NCBI GenBank assembly: GCA_976551045.1
Contig: CDPCPM010000052.1
Location: forward strand, 6,014,001-6,078,000
Direction of reading: 5' to 3'
Length of the DNA stretch: 64,000 nt
Source: Glaucostegus cemiculus
Lineage: Eukaryota
The notes beneath the pieces are model-generated. The model saw only the letters and a program-made list of their open reading frames with translations, was not told the DNA's origin and searched no databases. This document shows positions 51,661 through 63,071 of this stretch, piece by piece. A program made the translations under genes and the position numbers. Position 1 is the stretch's first letter. The number at the start of each line of letters is the position of its first letter.

Positions 51661-53804
51661 TGTTACAACGTAAATAGATTTCAAAATATAAGGATTGAAC
51701 AATGCCAAATTTAAAAATGTTTATTATTCACTTGAGACATGCTTGTTAAAGCATTAAATATGGTAAATTAGACATTTTTGGCAATATAAACTTAAGCAAA
51801 GATTAAAATGTTTGCTCTTTATATGGAGTGCAAAAATATCCAGTTTTATTGCTTCTAAAAACCATTTCCTTTGAAACACTTGTCCTAAAAATTGTCTTCA
51901 ATGTGCCTTATACGAGTGAAAGATACATACAATAAAACTTTCTCACTGCAAATTCTGGCATATGTTCTGAGTTTATTTGCTCTCAAGTTCTTCAGTTGTG
52001 GTTTTCATTATAATGAAGAAATTTTTCATCCAAAATTCTTCTATTTATGTAGCACTTTTAATATAGGAAGTAATTCTCAAGGTGCTTCATAGAAACATCA
52101 CCAAATGGCGTAAACTGACATTGAGCCACACAACAGGATATTAGAGCAGATATCCAAAAGGTTGTTCAAAGGTGTGGGTTTTCAGGAATGCCTTTATAGG
52201 GGTAATGAAGTGGAGAGGTATAGGAAATATATTCCAAAGGTTATGGCCTTGGCAGCTTGACCAGCAAAATTTGTAGGATTACACTGGGAGATAACGAAGA
52301 GCCAAAAGGTAGCAACAGAAATATTACAGCGGGCTATCTCCAAGTGTCGTCAGACAGATAAAGTATTTCATGAATTCAATTAGATGCAAGTAAAATTTGT
52401 CCATCAATTTTCCTGTAATTAAATATCCAAGTCAAGTGTGATGGATGGACTTTTACAGACAAAAATTATCTGTGATCTAAAAATTAGATTTTAAATCTAT
52501 TACTTTTAGATTTTAGAAGCATTAAAACTGGATAAAATGATTTGAAAAAAGAAATCAGTAAAATAATTTATTTGTGCTCAATATTTGAAAAGCTGTTGAC
52601 AGTGCTCATTCAAATATCTTATTTTAAATTATGAATTAAAAACAATCAGTATCATAGATACTTAGCATTGTATAACTAAACTAACTTCTACGGAAGAATT
52701 GGCCAAAAATGCAGGAGAGAGGTTGTTTTGTGTTCGGTTATGTAACCAGTACCTTACTCCATGGATGATTTTCATTGAACTCAGTCCTCTGTTTGGAAAG
52801 TAAGGACACTAGATCTTTTTATGCCACAGTGACAGTTTGTTAATGCGATAAGACAATATGCAACACCTGAACAGTGTTCTGTGTTAAGAAGGTTTAATCA
52901 TGAGGGTGATGGTAATTTGCTAGAATTACACAGGTGATTAGTCAGGATTTCTTCAGAGTCCATCTGTGGTTGCATAGGTGAAGTCCAGCTTGGATTTAGG
53001 AGTTAATAATATAATGAAGATACTCGAGGGATATTTGAATTTGAGTCTTAATTTCAGACCAGGTGGTGCAGAATGGCATGGTGCAAAATAAATAATGACT
53101 AGCTTTGCCAGTTCTCACATCTGTTCTGCAGCACAAGAACATTTGGATCATTGTTAACAATTAAAGATGAATTTACCTCAATGTTCTGATGGATGTAAGC
53201 TACAAAAATATTCCCTTGCCTAACATACATTTTATTACTGCTCAGTCTTGAGCTTCTGAGTAATATATCAACCATATTTATCAATGTAGCCTTAAATGTG
53301 GTATTTATCCATATGGTTTCAATGCAGAAGAATATTTGTATAAAATGACCCCCTCAGGCTGAAATTCCTCATTAATAAGAACTCTTTTTTTTACAGCATC
53401 AGCCCACTGTTTGCTGTAATAATTCCCTCGAAAGGCAGACTAACATGTTCTGTTAAGGTGTTCGTCAATGCCATGTCTAAGGAACAAGGCCACCCTAGAA
53501 CAGTATCTCCCAAAGGCTTAGCAATGTGTTTTATAGCTGAGATTCCATTGTGTTCCCTTCACAGTACATGCTTATTACTAACTTGCTCAGAAACTTTGGT
53601 TCAGATACTTTGCTGTTGTGATCACACACAACAGGAAGCATAAACCTGTTTCTATTTTCTCTTCCTCTCTGTGGACTTCAATTCCTTTTTACATATTCAG
53701 CAGGTGTGTCACCTGGCCAGTGCGAACTACTGTTTGATGTAAAAAGTTTCACAGCCAAGTCTAACCTTTGGGCTGTTACTCAGTCTCTTTCTCATTTTGT
53801 TCCA

Positions 53805-54490
53805 TAAGAAATAAACACAGGAATAGGCTGCACAACTCTTCAAGCCTCCACCATTCAATAACGTTGTGCCTGTGAGTTTCTTGAAGATTCTACACTGAAG
53901 ATGCATTCAGGCTGAAGTAGCACTTAACCTAAATATCCTTTATTCAACTAACAACCAACTACCTGTGCCTGGGCATGACAGTACATTAAAGTTGTAACAC
54001 ATGATACAGTCCAGGCACCTTATGCATATACACAGTGCAAATAAGATCATAGCTTGTACATGTGTAAGGTGCCTGGACTGTATCACGTAATATAACTTTG
54101 ATGCACTGTAATGGAGATTCACTTTCCCACCCAGTCACCAAAATGCTTGTCCTACAATCTGTTGCTCTCACCCCTGAGCATATTCAATGACTGTATACTC
54201 ACTGTCCTCTGGGGCAGAGAAAATTGAAAGCCCTCTAAATAATTTCTCCTTCTCTCCATCCTAAGTGAACAATTCCTTATTGTGCCTATGCACACAATTC
54301 TGAGCTCTCCACCAAGAGGAAACTACTGTTATGCTGTCAATTACTCTCAGGATTCTGTAGGTCTCAATAACTCAATAAGATCACTTTCTCATTCTCCTGA
54401 GCTCCAGTGAGCACTGATCAAGCTTCCAAAGCCGCTTGTTGATTGGAAAGTCCATTCATCCCAGGAATTAATCTTGTCAATCATCCATCC
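53805..54490 (-). mobile_element. Old CR1 3' fragment(s)
   Basis: cataagaaata...ggaataggc tail and ataagatcactttctcattctcct...catcccaggaattaatcttgtcaa (inverse of RLIPGM / RMRGDLI-like sequence). Confidence 0.5.
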
Positions 54491-55764
54491 AAGACATAAT
54501 CTTCACCCAGGACTGAACGGACCAGTGTGGCTATCTCATTTCGTTCATATCTCACATCCTGTCAGAAATGCCCAATGGGTCTCGATTTCTGAGAGGCACT
54601 GATGTATATCTCTGAATTTGATTGGTTGGAAGCAGATTTTTTTAGACTGGTGATTTGGGCATTAAGCAAAAAAGCTACATTCTTTACTTCTACCAGAAAG
54701 GTTTTGTGAGATTCGATGCAAATTTATGAGGTGTTTCATGAAAGACAGTGCAGCCTGAAATCGTGAAGAGTTTCTTAGACTCTGAGTCATTTGCCATTTC
54801 AATTTTTGTTAATCCTATTTGTGGCATTCTTTTGGCAGTATTGTACTTATGCTCTGCTTTTAGAAAAGGATTATAGAAGTGAGATTACCTCTGTCCTTTG
54901 AGCCCTTGAACGAATACGAATTGAAGTTCCTCTTTGGACAGTTGGCACCAAAATGGCCACAGTTTGGATGCAGAGGGTTGCCAATGAATTGTGTTTCCTT
55001 AACTCACAGTGGACCTGCATGGACTTTGTCTGAGACGTTTCCCAAAGTTGATGGTACAATTTGCTTTATGTTACAGAATAATGACAGGGATGGGAAAGAC
55101 ATTGGCTCAGAGTTTGGAGTTTATAGTGCTCATGTTTTAAAATACAGGGTAGCAATTTATGTTGAGGAAGGGATACTTTGTTATTTGCGAGGTTGTCTCC
55201 TGGGATGGTGGGATGGTCCAGTGAGGTCCCATTGAGCGTCACTGACAATTGGTAGTTTGTTTCACTGCTCTGTTAGTCTTGCACAAACGGGAGTAAAACA
55301 TTAGGGCTTGTGTTTCATGAAGCAGGTGTCTTTTTAAGAATATTTATATTTTTGCAACATCACTTGACTTTGGAGCGTGAGAAAGGGAACACTTGAAACT
55401 ATAAAGTCTCATTCCTGCAGATGCTAAATTAAATTATAAAAATTAAACATTTAGTTCAAAAATGTCGGTAGATTTTTCTTTCCAGGCCTTCCTTCTCTTT
55501 ATTCCTCTCTCTGTACCTAATTTGATTCCATTTGCTCCATTCCTCTCTGTCATTCGCCCTGTTTCTTTAACTCTCTCCACGTTGCGCTGTTTAAAGCAGT
55601 ATACCATCAGTCCTGCTGTTTGTCAAGATTTCAGATGCCACCTTCAACTTGTCACACTGCTATCAACTTGCACTTCCGAGAATTTTAATTGGAACTGAAT
55701 AGTGAGACTCCTGGTGCTCACTGCAAATTCCAATGTTCAGTGATTTCATGCAATTATAAGATAA

Positions 55765-55952
55765 AAAGAAAATGCTAGAAATACTCTGCAAGTCTGTGGT
55801 GAGAAACAAAAGTTATTCCTTCAGTTCAATGACCATTCATCAGAATTGAATCAAAATTTTAAGTCCTTTTCTCTCCTCACAGATGTTGCCTGACCTGCCG
55901 AGTATTTTCAGTTTTTATTTCAGATCTCCAGTATCTGCAGTTTTTTGCTTTC
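55765..55952. mobile_element. PLE-derived inverted element
   Basis: Left arm with a minus-strand CTGATGAA core (ttcatcag, about 55836-55843); right arm cacagatgttgcctgacctgccgagta. Confidence 0.65.
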
Positions 55953-56044
55953 TGCTGTTTCAAAAACAGGTTCCACAGGGCCACCTAGTGACCAGAGGCT
56001 GAAGTAGTTGAAATAAACAATAGTAAATATTCTTGGAAAAGAGT

Positions 56045-56653
56045 AATTAAAAGGTATTGAGTTCAAGAGTCAGGAAGCGATGTTGCAGCTTTATAAAACT
56101 TTATAGACCACATTCAGTTCTGGTCATCCCATTATAGGAAGGATGTGGAGGCTTTGGAGAGGGTGCAGAAGAGGTTCACTAGGATGCTGCCTGGATTAGA
56201 GGGCATGTGCTATCAGGAGAAGTTGGACAAACTTGGGTTGTCTTCTCTGGAGTGGTGGAGGCTGAGGGGAGATCTGACAGAAGTTCATAAAATTATGAGA
56301 GGAATAGATAGAGTAGACAGCTGGTATCTTTCTGCCAGGGTGAAATGTCTAATACTAGAGAATGTGAATTTAAGGTGAGAGGGGGTAAGTTCAAAGGAGA
56401 TGTGCGGGGCAGGTTTTGTACACAGAGAGTGGTGGGTGCCTGAAATGTGCTGCAGGGGTGGTGGTGGAGGCAGATACGATAGAGGGGTTCAACAAGCTCT
56501 TAGGCACATGGATGTGCAGAGAATGGAAGGATATGGACATTGTGTAGGCAGAAGGGATTAGTTTAGTTAGGCATTTAATCAATTGTTTACTTAGGTCAGC
56601 AAAACATTGTGGGCCAAAGGGCCTGTTCATATGTTGTACTGTTCGATGTTCTA
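56045..56653 (+). mobile_element. CR1 LINE 3' part
   Basis: ORF EALERVQKRFTRMLPGLEG...WRLRGDLTEVHKIMRGIDRVD; terminal tgggccaaagggcctgttcatatgttgtactgttcgatgttcta. Confidence 0.9.
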
Positions 56654-56769
56654 AGAATAAACACAATATAATGAATGAAGATGTGCACTGCAGGTAATCA
56701 CTTACATCTGTATGTACATATATAAAATGAAATATGTATTATTAAGTAAATAAAAATAAATAGATAAAC

Positions 56770-56945
56770 AAGGGCTGCTGGAACACTCAGCAAGTCAGGC
56801 AGCTCTTAAGGATTGGAAATAATTTAAAAATTTTAGTTGATGGTCTTTCATCGCATTGCTTACCTTTCCTCAAGTGCTGCCTGACCTGCTGAGTATTTCT
56901 AGCTTTCTCTTATTACAGATTTCCAGTATCTGCTGATTTTGCTTT
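56770..56945. mobile_element. PLE-derived inverted element, decayed
   Basis: ctcagcaagtcaggcagc ... ggtctttcatc ... gctgcctgacctgctgag. Confidence 0.6.
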
Positions 56946-57300
56946 GAAGTACAACTATACCGGAAATGTTTGTACCTAAGGAAGGACAGGTCCCACTGAC
57001 TGCTTCTTTGTTCCTTTTCATCATTTATCTGCTATCCATAGAGTTTTATGTATCTTCAAAATTTTTGTGCCAGTTATTTTCCGACTATGAAACAGAACAG
57101 TGGGTGGAAAAGGTGATGTAAGATGAGGCTGAGGTGGGCAGGTTCTAGATGGTTGGAAGTACGTGTGGCAGGGACACAGACGCGGAATAAAACTGAGAGT
57201 GGAAACTTAGACTAAGAGACAGCCCATTCAGGTCCTGTTCCAGGGATGTTTCTTAAACTTTTTTTTAACAGTCATCTCCATTCAGAGCAGAGATTAATGG

Positions 57301-57550
57301 AGACACAAGAGACTGCAGATGCTTGAATCTGGAGCAGCATCTGTGGGCAAAAGGAATTGTCAACATTTTGGGCCGTGATGCAGGGTGTTGACCTTCAACC
57401 AGCCATGACTGAATGGCGGAGTAGACTTAATGGCTGAATGGCCTAATTCTGCTCCAATGTCTTGTGGTCTTATGGACCCGAAACGTTGGCAATTCCTTTC
57501 CTCCCACAGATGCGGTGCGACCTGCTGAGTTCCTCCAGCAGATTGTTGCT
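57301..57550. mobile_element. PLE-derived palindrome with a CR1 tail inserted in its hammerhead
   Basis: Arms agacacaagagactgcagatgc...aaggaattgtcaacattttggg and cccgaaacgttggcaattcctttcctcccacagatgc. Confidence 0.8.
57394..57474 (+). mobile_element. 81-bp CR1 3' terminus with a GACC duplication
   Basis: cagccatgactgaatggcggagtagacttaatggctgaatggcctaattctgctccaatgtcttgtggtcttatg, flanked by GACC at 57390-57393 and 57475-57478. Confidence 0.78.
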
Positions 57551-58104
57551 GAAGGAGAGATTAGTTGAGTTGATTTGTGATGTAAAAAAATTGAATTATT
57601 TTCTTCATGTTCGACTTTCTAGATATATTGAAATCCTCACCCTTTTGAAAAGCTGACTTCTGGTGGCATATTTACTGTTGAAGTAATCTGTGCTACACGC
57701 TTTTGGCAATGATAATGAATGTTAGTCTTTTTCTACCAGTAATTCGTGTAAGGAACAGTTGGCCCCATTCTGTTTCTCATCTTCAGTGACAATCTGGAGG
57801 ATGTCATAAACAGTTAGTATTCTCACTGTTGATGATACCACCCTCCTCTAGAATGTGCTTCATTCTCCCCATCTGAAAGATGTTTGGTAACTGAATCACA
57901 GCAGTCAAGTGCAGCTAGAATTACCTAATGGGATTGACAAATGGCTTGCTGTCACAGGGCAAAGCAAATTTTAAAAAAAACTGTGGGAAAAAATTCCTGT
58001 AATATTGCCCACCAATTCCCACTCTGTTGGTGCAGCAATCCCTGTTCAGTAAGGAATGTTTACCAACTTAGTTTGTTAGTCTAAGTTTGTACTCTTCATT
58101 CTAT

Positions 58105-58273
58105 NNNNNNNNNNNNNNNNNNNNNNNNNNNNNNNNNNNNNNNNNNNNNNNNNNNNNNNNNNNNNNNNNNNNNNNNNNNNNNNNNNNNNNNNNNNNNNNN
58201 NNNNNNNNNNNNNNNNNNNNNNNNNNNNNNNNNNNNNNNNNNNNNNNNNNNNNNNNNNNNNNNNNNNNNNNNN
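58105..58273. other. Assembly gap (169 N)
   Basis: Run of n characters. Confidence 1.
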
Positions 58274-58915
58274 NCAGTCTTCAATCACCTTTCCCACCAC
58301 TGTTCAAATTACCCATTCCCCCAAGTTTCTTCATTCATCACCATTCTGTATTATAGCTTCTCAATTGTAGGACTGGACAGCACAGATGGAGGACATGCAC
58401 GTCAGTGTTAATGTGCTCTCTGAAACTGAAGTGTCATGGCCCTTTTAATTTACTGATATTTAAATATTACTAAACAATGCAATTTATTTTAAACACACAG
58501 TGATTTCTGTTGCTGGGTTAAATGAACCTTTTGTAGAGAGATCTGTTTTATCTTCCAAGGTCTTCCAGACGTTCCCTAGCATAATAGTCCACAAGTTGTC
58601 ACCGGCGAACCTTCTATGCTCATTATTGAAAATCTTCAAATGTTACCTTTTACCTATCTCCAAAGCTAAACTGTGGATCCTAACTAAAAAGGTAATATAA
58701 GTGGTGGCAGGGCCAGGACCGAGGTTGATATTAGGCTGGGAGCAAAGCGTGCCTTCTCATAAAACAGCTACAAAATTTTGACAACTGTCAAAGCCCACCT
58801 TTGTCAGGTTTCAACATTGCCAACCTTTAATACTTCTGAATGTCCATGGATCAATAGGTATTAAAAAAAAATCAGGTGAACTGTGACAAAAATTTTAAGA
58901 ATGTTTTTAAAAGAA

Positions 58916-59010
58916 CTGATGAGATGTCATTGACCTGAAATATTAACTCTTTCTCCACATTTTCAGCATTTCCTGTTTTTTATTCCAGCACCTGCAGTTT
59001 TTTGCATTTC
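58916..59010 (+). mobile_element. Short PLE copy starting at the hammerhead core
   Basis: CTGATGA-GATGTCATTGACCT-GAAA-TATT-AACTCT followed by ttccagcacctgcagttttttg. Confidence 0.6.
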
Positions 59011-59064
59011 AATTTCTGTTGCAGTGCCAAGTCTAAACTGATGCAGATTTTGAGCTTAAATTCA

Positions 59065-59515
59065 GCAGATTGGTTCCTGGAATTTGACATCAGAGGTGAT
59101 TAAGCAGAGTAGATCCGTCCTCTCTTGAGTTTGGAAGAAAAAGAGATGATCTCATTAACGCGTGCAAATTTCTCATGGGCTTGACAGTGTAGAAACAGAG
59201 TTGATGTTTCCCCTGACATTGGTGTCTAGAAGCAGGTGTCACTGTCTCAAAATAAGGGGTCAGTCATTCAGGTTGGAGATGAGATAGTTTCTCCATCCAG
59301 GCTGCAAAACCTTTGGAGTTCACTACCCCATAGGGCAGTGGAAGCTCAGTCACTAAGTATATTCAAAACACAGATCAATGGATGTTTAGATATTAGGGGA
59401 ATTATGGCATTGTTGGTGCAGGAAAGTGGAGCAAAGGTAAAAGAGTCAACTGTGATCTGATTGAATAGTGGAACAGGGACAAGGGGCTGAGTTGTCTGCT
59501 CCTAGTTCTGTGTCT
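59065..59515 (+). mobile_element. Old CR1 3' fragment
   Basis: ttcagcagattggttcctggaat...gagatgatctcatt...LWSSLPHRAVEAQSLSIFKTQINGCLD. Confidence 0.7.
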
Positions 59516-59662
59516 CGTGATCTAATGCTGTTTAAGTGGGCAGGCTTCCTGGAGGGAAAATAACGCTGGGCAATTCAGCAAGTTTGTGTTCCACAACTGG
59601 ATTCTGTCCATGTCTAATGTCAGAGCTGAGCCAGGGAGTCACTCAAATAGTCTGGCCAACAA

Positions 59663-59666
<4 letters not shown>

Positions 59667-59722
<56 letters not shown>
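59667..59722 (+). repeat. (TG)28 microsatellite
   Basis: Perfect dinucleotide run. Confidence 0.98.
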
Positions 59723-59725
<3 letters not shown>

Positions 59726-60483
59726 ATACATCCCCATCTTGCTGTAACTTGCAAGGAAACTTACGAAGTTACAGACTTTTCCCAACAGGTACTGGCCCAA
59801 TATTTCCTAAAGATTTTCAAAGTGTTTAACTGGTTAACTTTTCATCAAAATATTGCTGTGGTTATCAGGAATCGATGAGAATATTTGCAAAGACTGAGAT
59901 TGTACAGTGATCTTATTCCCATGCATTCCAGAGAAAGCTATGATTTTTCACTTCTGTCCATGCCTAATTTGAGACACAATATATCTCTAATAAAAGCATC
60001 TTTTTTAAGTATCACACAGTGACTGGCCTCTTCATCAGACTGTCATCTTCATGGCTTTCCGATGAATGTGGAAACATGACATTTCTGCAGAAAGGCTCAC
60101 TGCTCATCACCAGCAGCTGGAGGTAATGAGCAGTGAAGTTAGGCACTGGAGCTAAGACGTGTAAAGTAATGGTGTGACTGTTTCTGCATCCTGTAAATAG
60201 ATTGCAATGTGCGCAAGAAATACTATCCTCACATTTTAGTGTTTGGCTTGGTGTCTTTATTATTTGATTACTGTTCTGTGAAGCCAAAGAATGCTGTGCT
60301 GTTTTTAAGGCTCAATATCAATGCAGATTATTGTTCTATTAACATAACGTAAGAATTGGGAGCACGAGAAGGCTATCTGGCTCTTCAGATCTACACAGCC
60401 ATTCATCAAGATCAAGAGTGATTTTCTTTCCCAGCTCCATTTCCCTGCACTGTCCTTATATTCCTTAATTCCTTTAACATCCA

Positions 60484-61402
60484 GGAATCTTGGAGAAAAA
60501 GGCATCACTTTGGAGACTTCTGATCTACATATATTGGCCTTTATTTCCATTATGGCCAGGAGGGCTGTGTTGCTTAAATGGAAGGAAATTACTCCGCCTT
60601 CTAATGTTCAATGGTTACGTGATGTTCTGTCATACCTAAATTTAGAGAAGATCTGTTGTTCAATTTCCTACCACCTCTTTGCACTCTTGCCATCTGGAAG
60701 AAGGCTCCAGTGCATCCGGGCAAGGACTACCAGGCTGTGCAATAGCTTTTTCCCATAAGCAATAAGAACTATGAACTCCCTCATCCACCCATCCCTCCTG
60801 CCAACACCAAAGGATGCTAGGCGTACAAGAATGCACCAGCACTTTAAATCTGCATCAGAACGTTCATTATAAGAACGTTTTACTCGAGTCTCTTCTTAAT
60901 TTTTGTGGTTCCAATGTCGTTAATGTCTTTCTGTCTTTGCGTCTCTCATTGTTTTTAATGTGACCAGCACTTTGCTCTGTGGAGTACGGTATTTCGCTCC
61001 CATGCATGCTGAATGCGTATATGGAAGTGACAATAAAACTAATTCTGATTCTGATTCTAGCTTAGACTTTCAAACATTGTGGGGACGTTTTTTGAAATAT
61101 TTTCCAAACCTTTTGATTTGGTGATTAAAGTACAGATGTTGGCTAGTATCATTATGTGATAAGGGTTTCTCTTTGTCTTTCTTTCTTTGCCAAACAGCTT
61201 TGGTCTTGGTAGTGGGTTTAGATTTTTTTATATAATAAAATTATTGCAATTTAATCATTATTTATTATCATCTTTGATTACCATTATGGGGTATTGTGAT
61301 TTTAACTGTGATTCAAGACAATGTATTCAGTACTATTCTGTTCTTTTTTCTGATTCATGTACTCTGTATTCTCCACGTGGAATTAAGAAAAATATTGTAA
61401 CA
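60484..61402 (+). mobile_element. L1-clade LINE 3' end with an 8-bp TSD
   Basis: LAFISIMARRAVLLKWKEITPPSNVQWLRDVLSYLNLEKI resumes after 61058 as LDFQTLWGRFLKYF, like the fish L1 ORF2 C-terminus. TSD AACATCCA at 60476-60483 and 61403-61410, preceded by TTT. Confidence 0.82.
60664..61058 (+). mobile_element. Rex-Babar LINE, third subfamily, nested in the L1
   Basis: HLFALLPSGRRLQCIRARTTRLCNSFFP; tail AATAAAACTAATTCTGATTCTGATTCT. Confidence 0.85.
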
Positions 61403-61818
61403 AACATCCATAAATCTATTGACTGTTTAGAATTAACACAATAACCGAGCCTCCACAGCCCTTCGGGATATATAGATGGAATTTCTTCTCATTTTAGTTC
61501 TAAATTGGCTTCCCTCTTATTATGAGACCGCTGGATCTCGACTCTTCAGCCAGGGGAAACTGCCTCTGCACATCCACCCTATCAAGCCCTGTAAGAACTC
61601 TGAAAGTTCCAATGAGGTCTCCTTACCTTTCTGAACTCTGGGGAATGCAGGCCTAGTTGACTCAATTATTCTTCATACAGTAAACCCACCATCCTAGAAA
61701 CCAGTCTGATGCAACTTTGGTTCACTCCCCCTACAGCAAGTTTATCCAGCATTGGGAAAGGAGATTAAAATTGTCCACAGTATTCCAGGTGCGGTCACAC
61801 CGAGGTCCTATATGCTTC

Positions 61819-62774
61819 AAATCAGAATCAGATTTATTATCACTGACTTAGATGATGTGAAATGTGTTGTTTTGCAGCAGCAGTACTGTGCAAAGACATC
61901 AAATTACTATGAATTACAAAAACAAATAAATAGTGCAAAACAAAAGGAATAACGAGGTAGTGTTCATGGGTTCATGGACCGTTAGAAATCTGATGGCGGA
62001 GGGGAAGAAGCTGTTCCTGAATCGTTGAGTGTGGGTCTTCAGGCTCCTGTACCTCCTCCCCAATGCAGTAACAAGAAGGGGGCATGTCCCGGATGATGAG
62101 GGCTCTTAGTGATGGATGCCGCCTTCTTGAGGCACCACATCTTGCTGATGTCCTTGATGGTGGGGAGGGTTGTGTCCATGATGGAGCTGGCTGAGTCTAT
62201 AACCCTCTGCAGACTCTTGCAATCCTGTGCATTAGAATCAGAATCAGAATCAGTTTTATTGTCACAACCATATACATACATGGTACGCATAGGAGCGAGA
62301 TACCGTCCTCCACAGGAACACGTCTCATAAAAAAGAAGAACATAACAACCAACAGAGAGACACATACACACTTGGCAGAATACACAGTACAAAACATTAC
62401 CCATTAGTTCTTACATAAATAGATCTTAAAGTGAACGGGCTGGTGTCAGGCATTTAAAGTGCTGGTGCATTTCTGTGCACCTAGCATCTCCTAGTGTTAA
62501 CAAAGGAAGATGGAGGGATGAGAGAGTTTGCAGTTCTTATGGCTTGCGGAAAGAAGCTATTGTTCAGCCTGGACGTTCTTGCCCTGATACATTTAAGCCT
62601 CCTCCCTGATGGCAAAATTGTGAAGAGGTGGTGGGAGGGGTGAGAGGGGTCGGCCATTATGCTTTTGGTCTTCCTCACACAACGGTCTTTGTATATGTCT
62701 GCGAGGGATGGAAGCAAGACACCTATGAGGCTCCATACCGGTCAGAATGCTCTCCACTGTACATCTATAGAAAT
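61819..62774 (-). mobile_element. Rex-Babar (CTGATT subfamily) split by a younger Rex
   Basis: Tail atcagaatcagatttattatcactgac; NAQDCKSLQRVIDSASSIM is interrupted at 62233 and resumes at about 62717 with FYRCTVESILTG. Confidence 0.85.
62234..62716 (-). mobile_element. Rex-Babar third subfamily, nested in another Rex
   Basis: ORF 62481-62717 LPSLADIYKDRCVRK...HHLFTILPSGRRLKCIRARTSRLNNSFFPQAIR; (AGAATC)3 tail; 3' UTR related to 60800-61058. Confidence 0.88.
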
Positions 62775-63071
62775 CTATGGTTGCAGTAAGACATCTATAC
62801 TTCTGTTGATAAATATGTATGTGCTGCACCTGCGTGTTAGCTTTCTCTGTGTGTGGGACACTAAGATCTCTATGAACATCAACATTTTCCAGTCTGTCAG
62901 CATTTAAGAAGTACCTTTCTTTTCTGTTTTGTACAACAAATCAGACATCACATTTTTCAACATTATATTCTGTCTACCATGATCTTGCTTACTCTCTTGT
63001 CTTATCTGTATGTCCTTGAAGCCTCTTCCCTACTCACAATTCCACCTTGTCAGCAAACTTGGAAAGATTGG

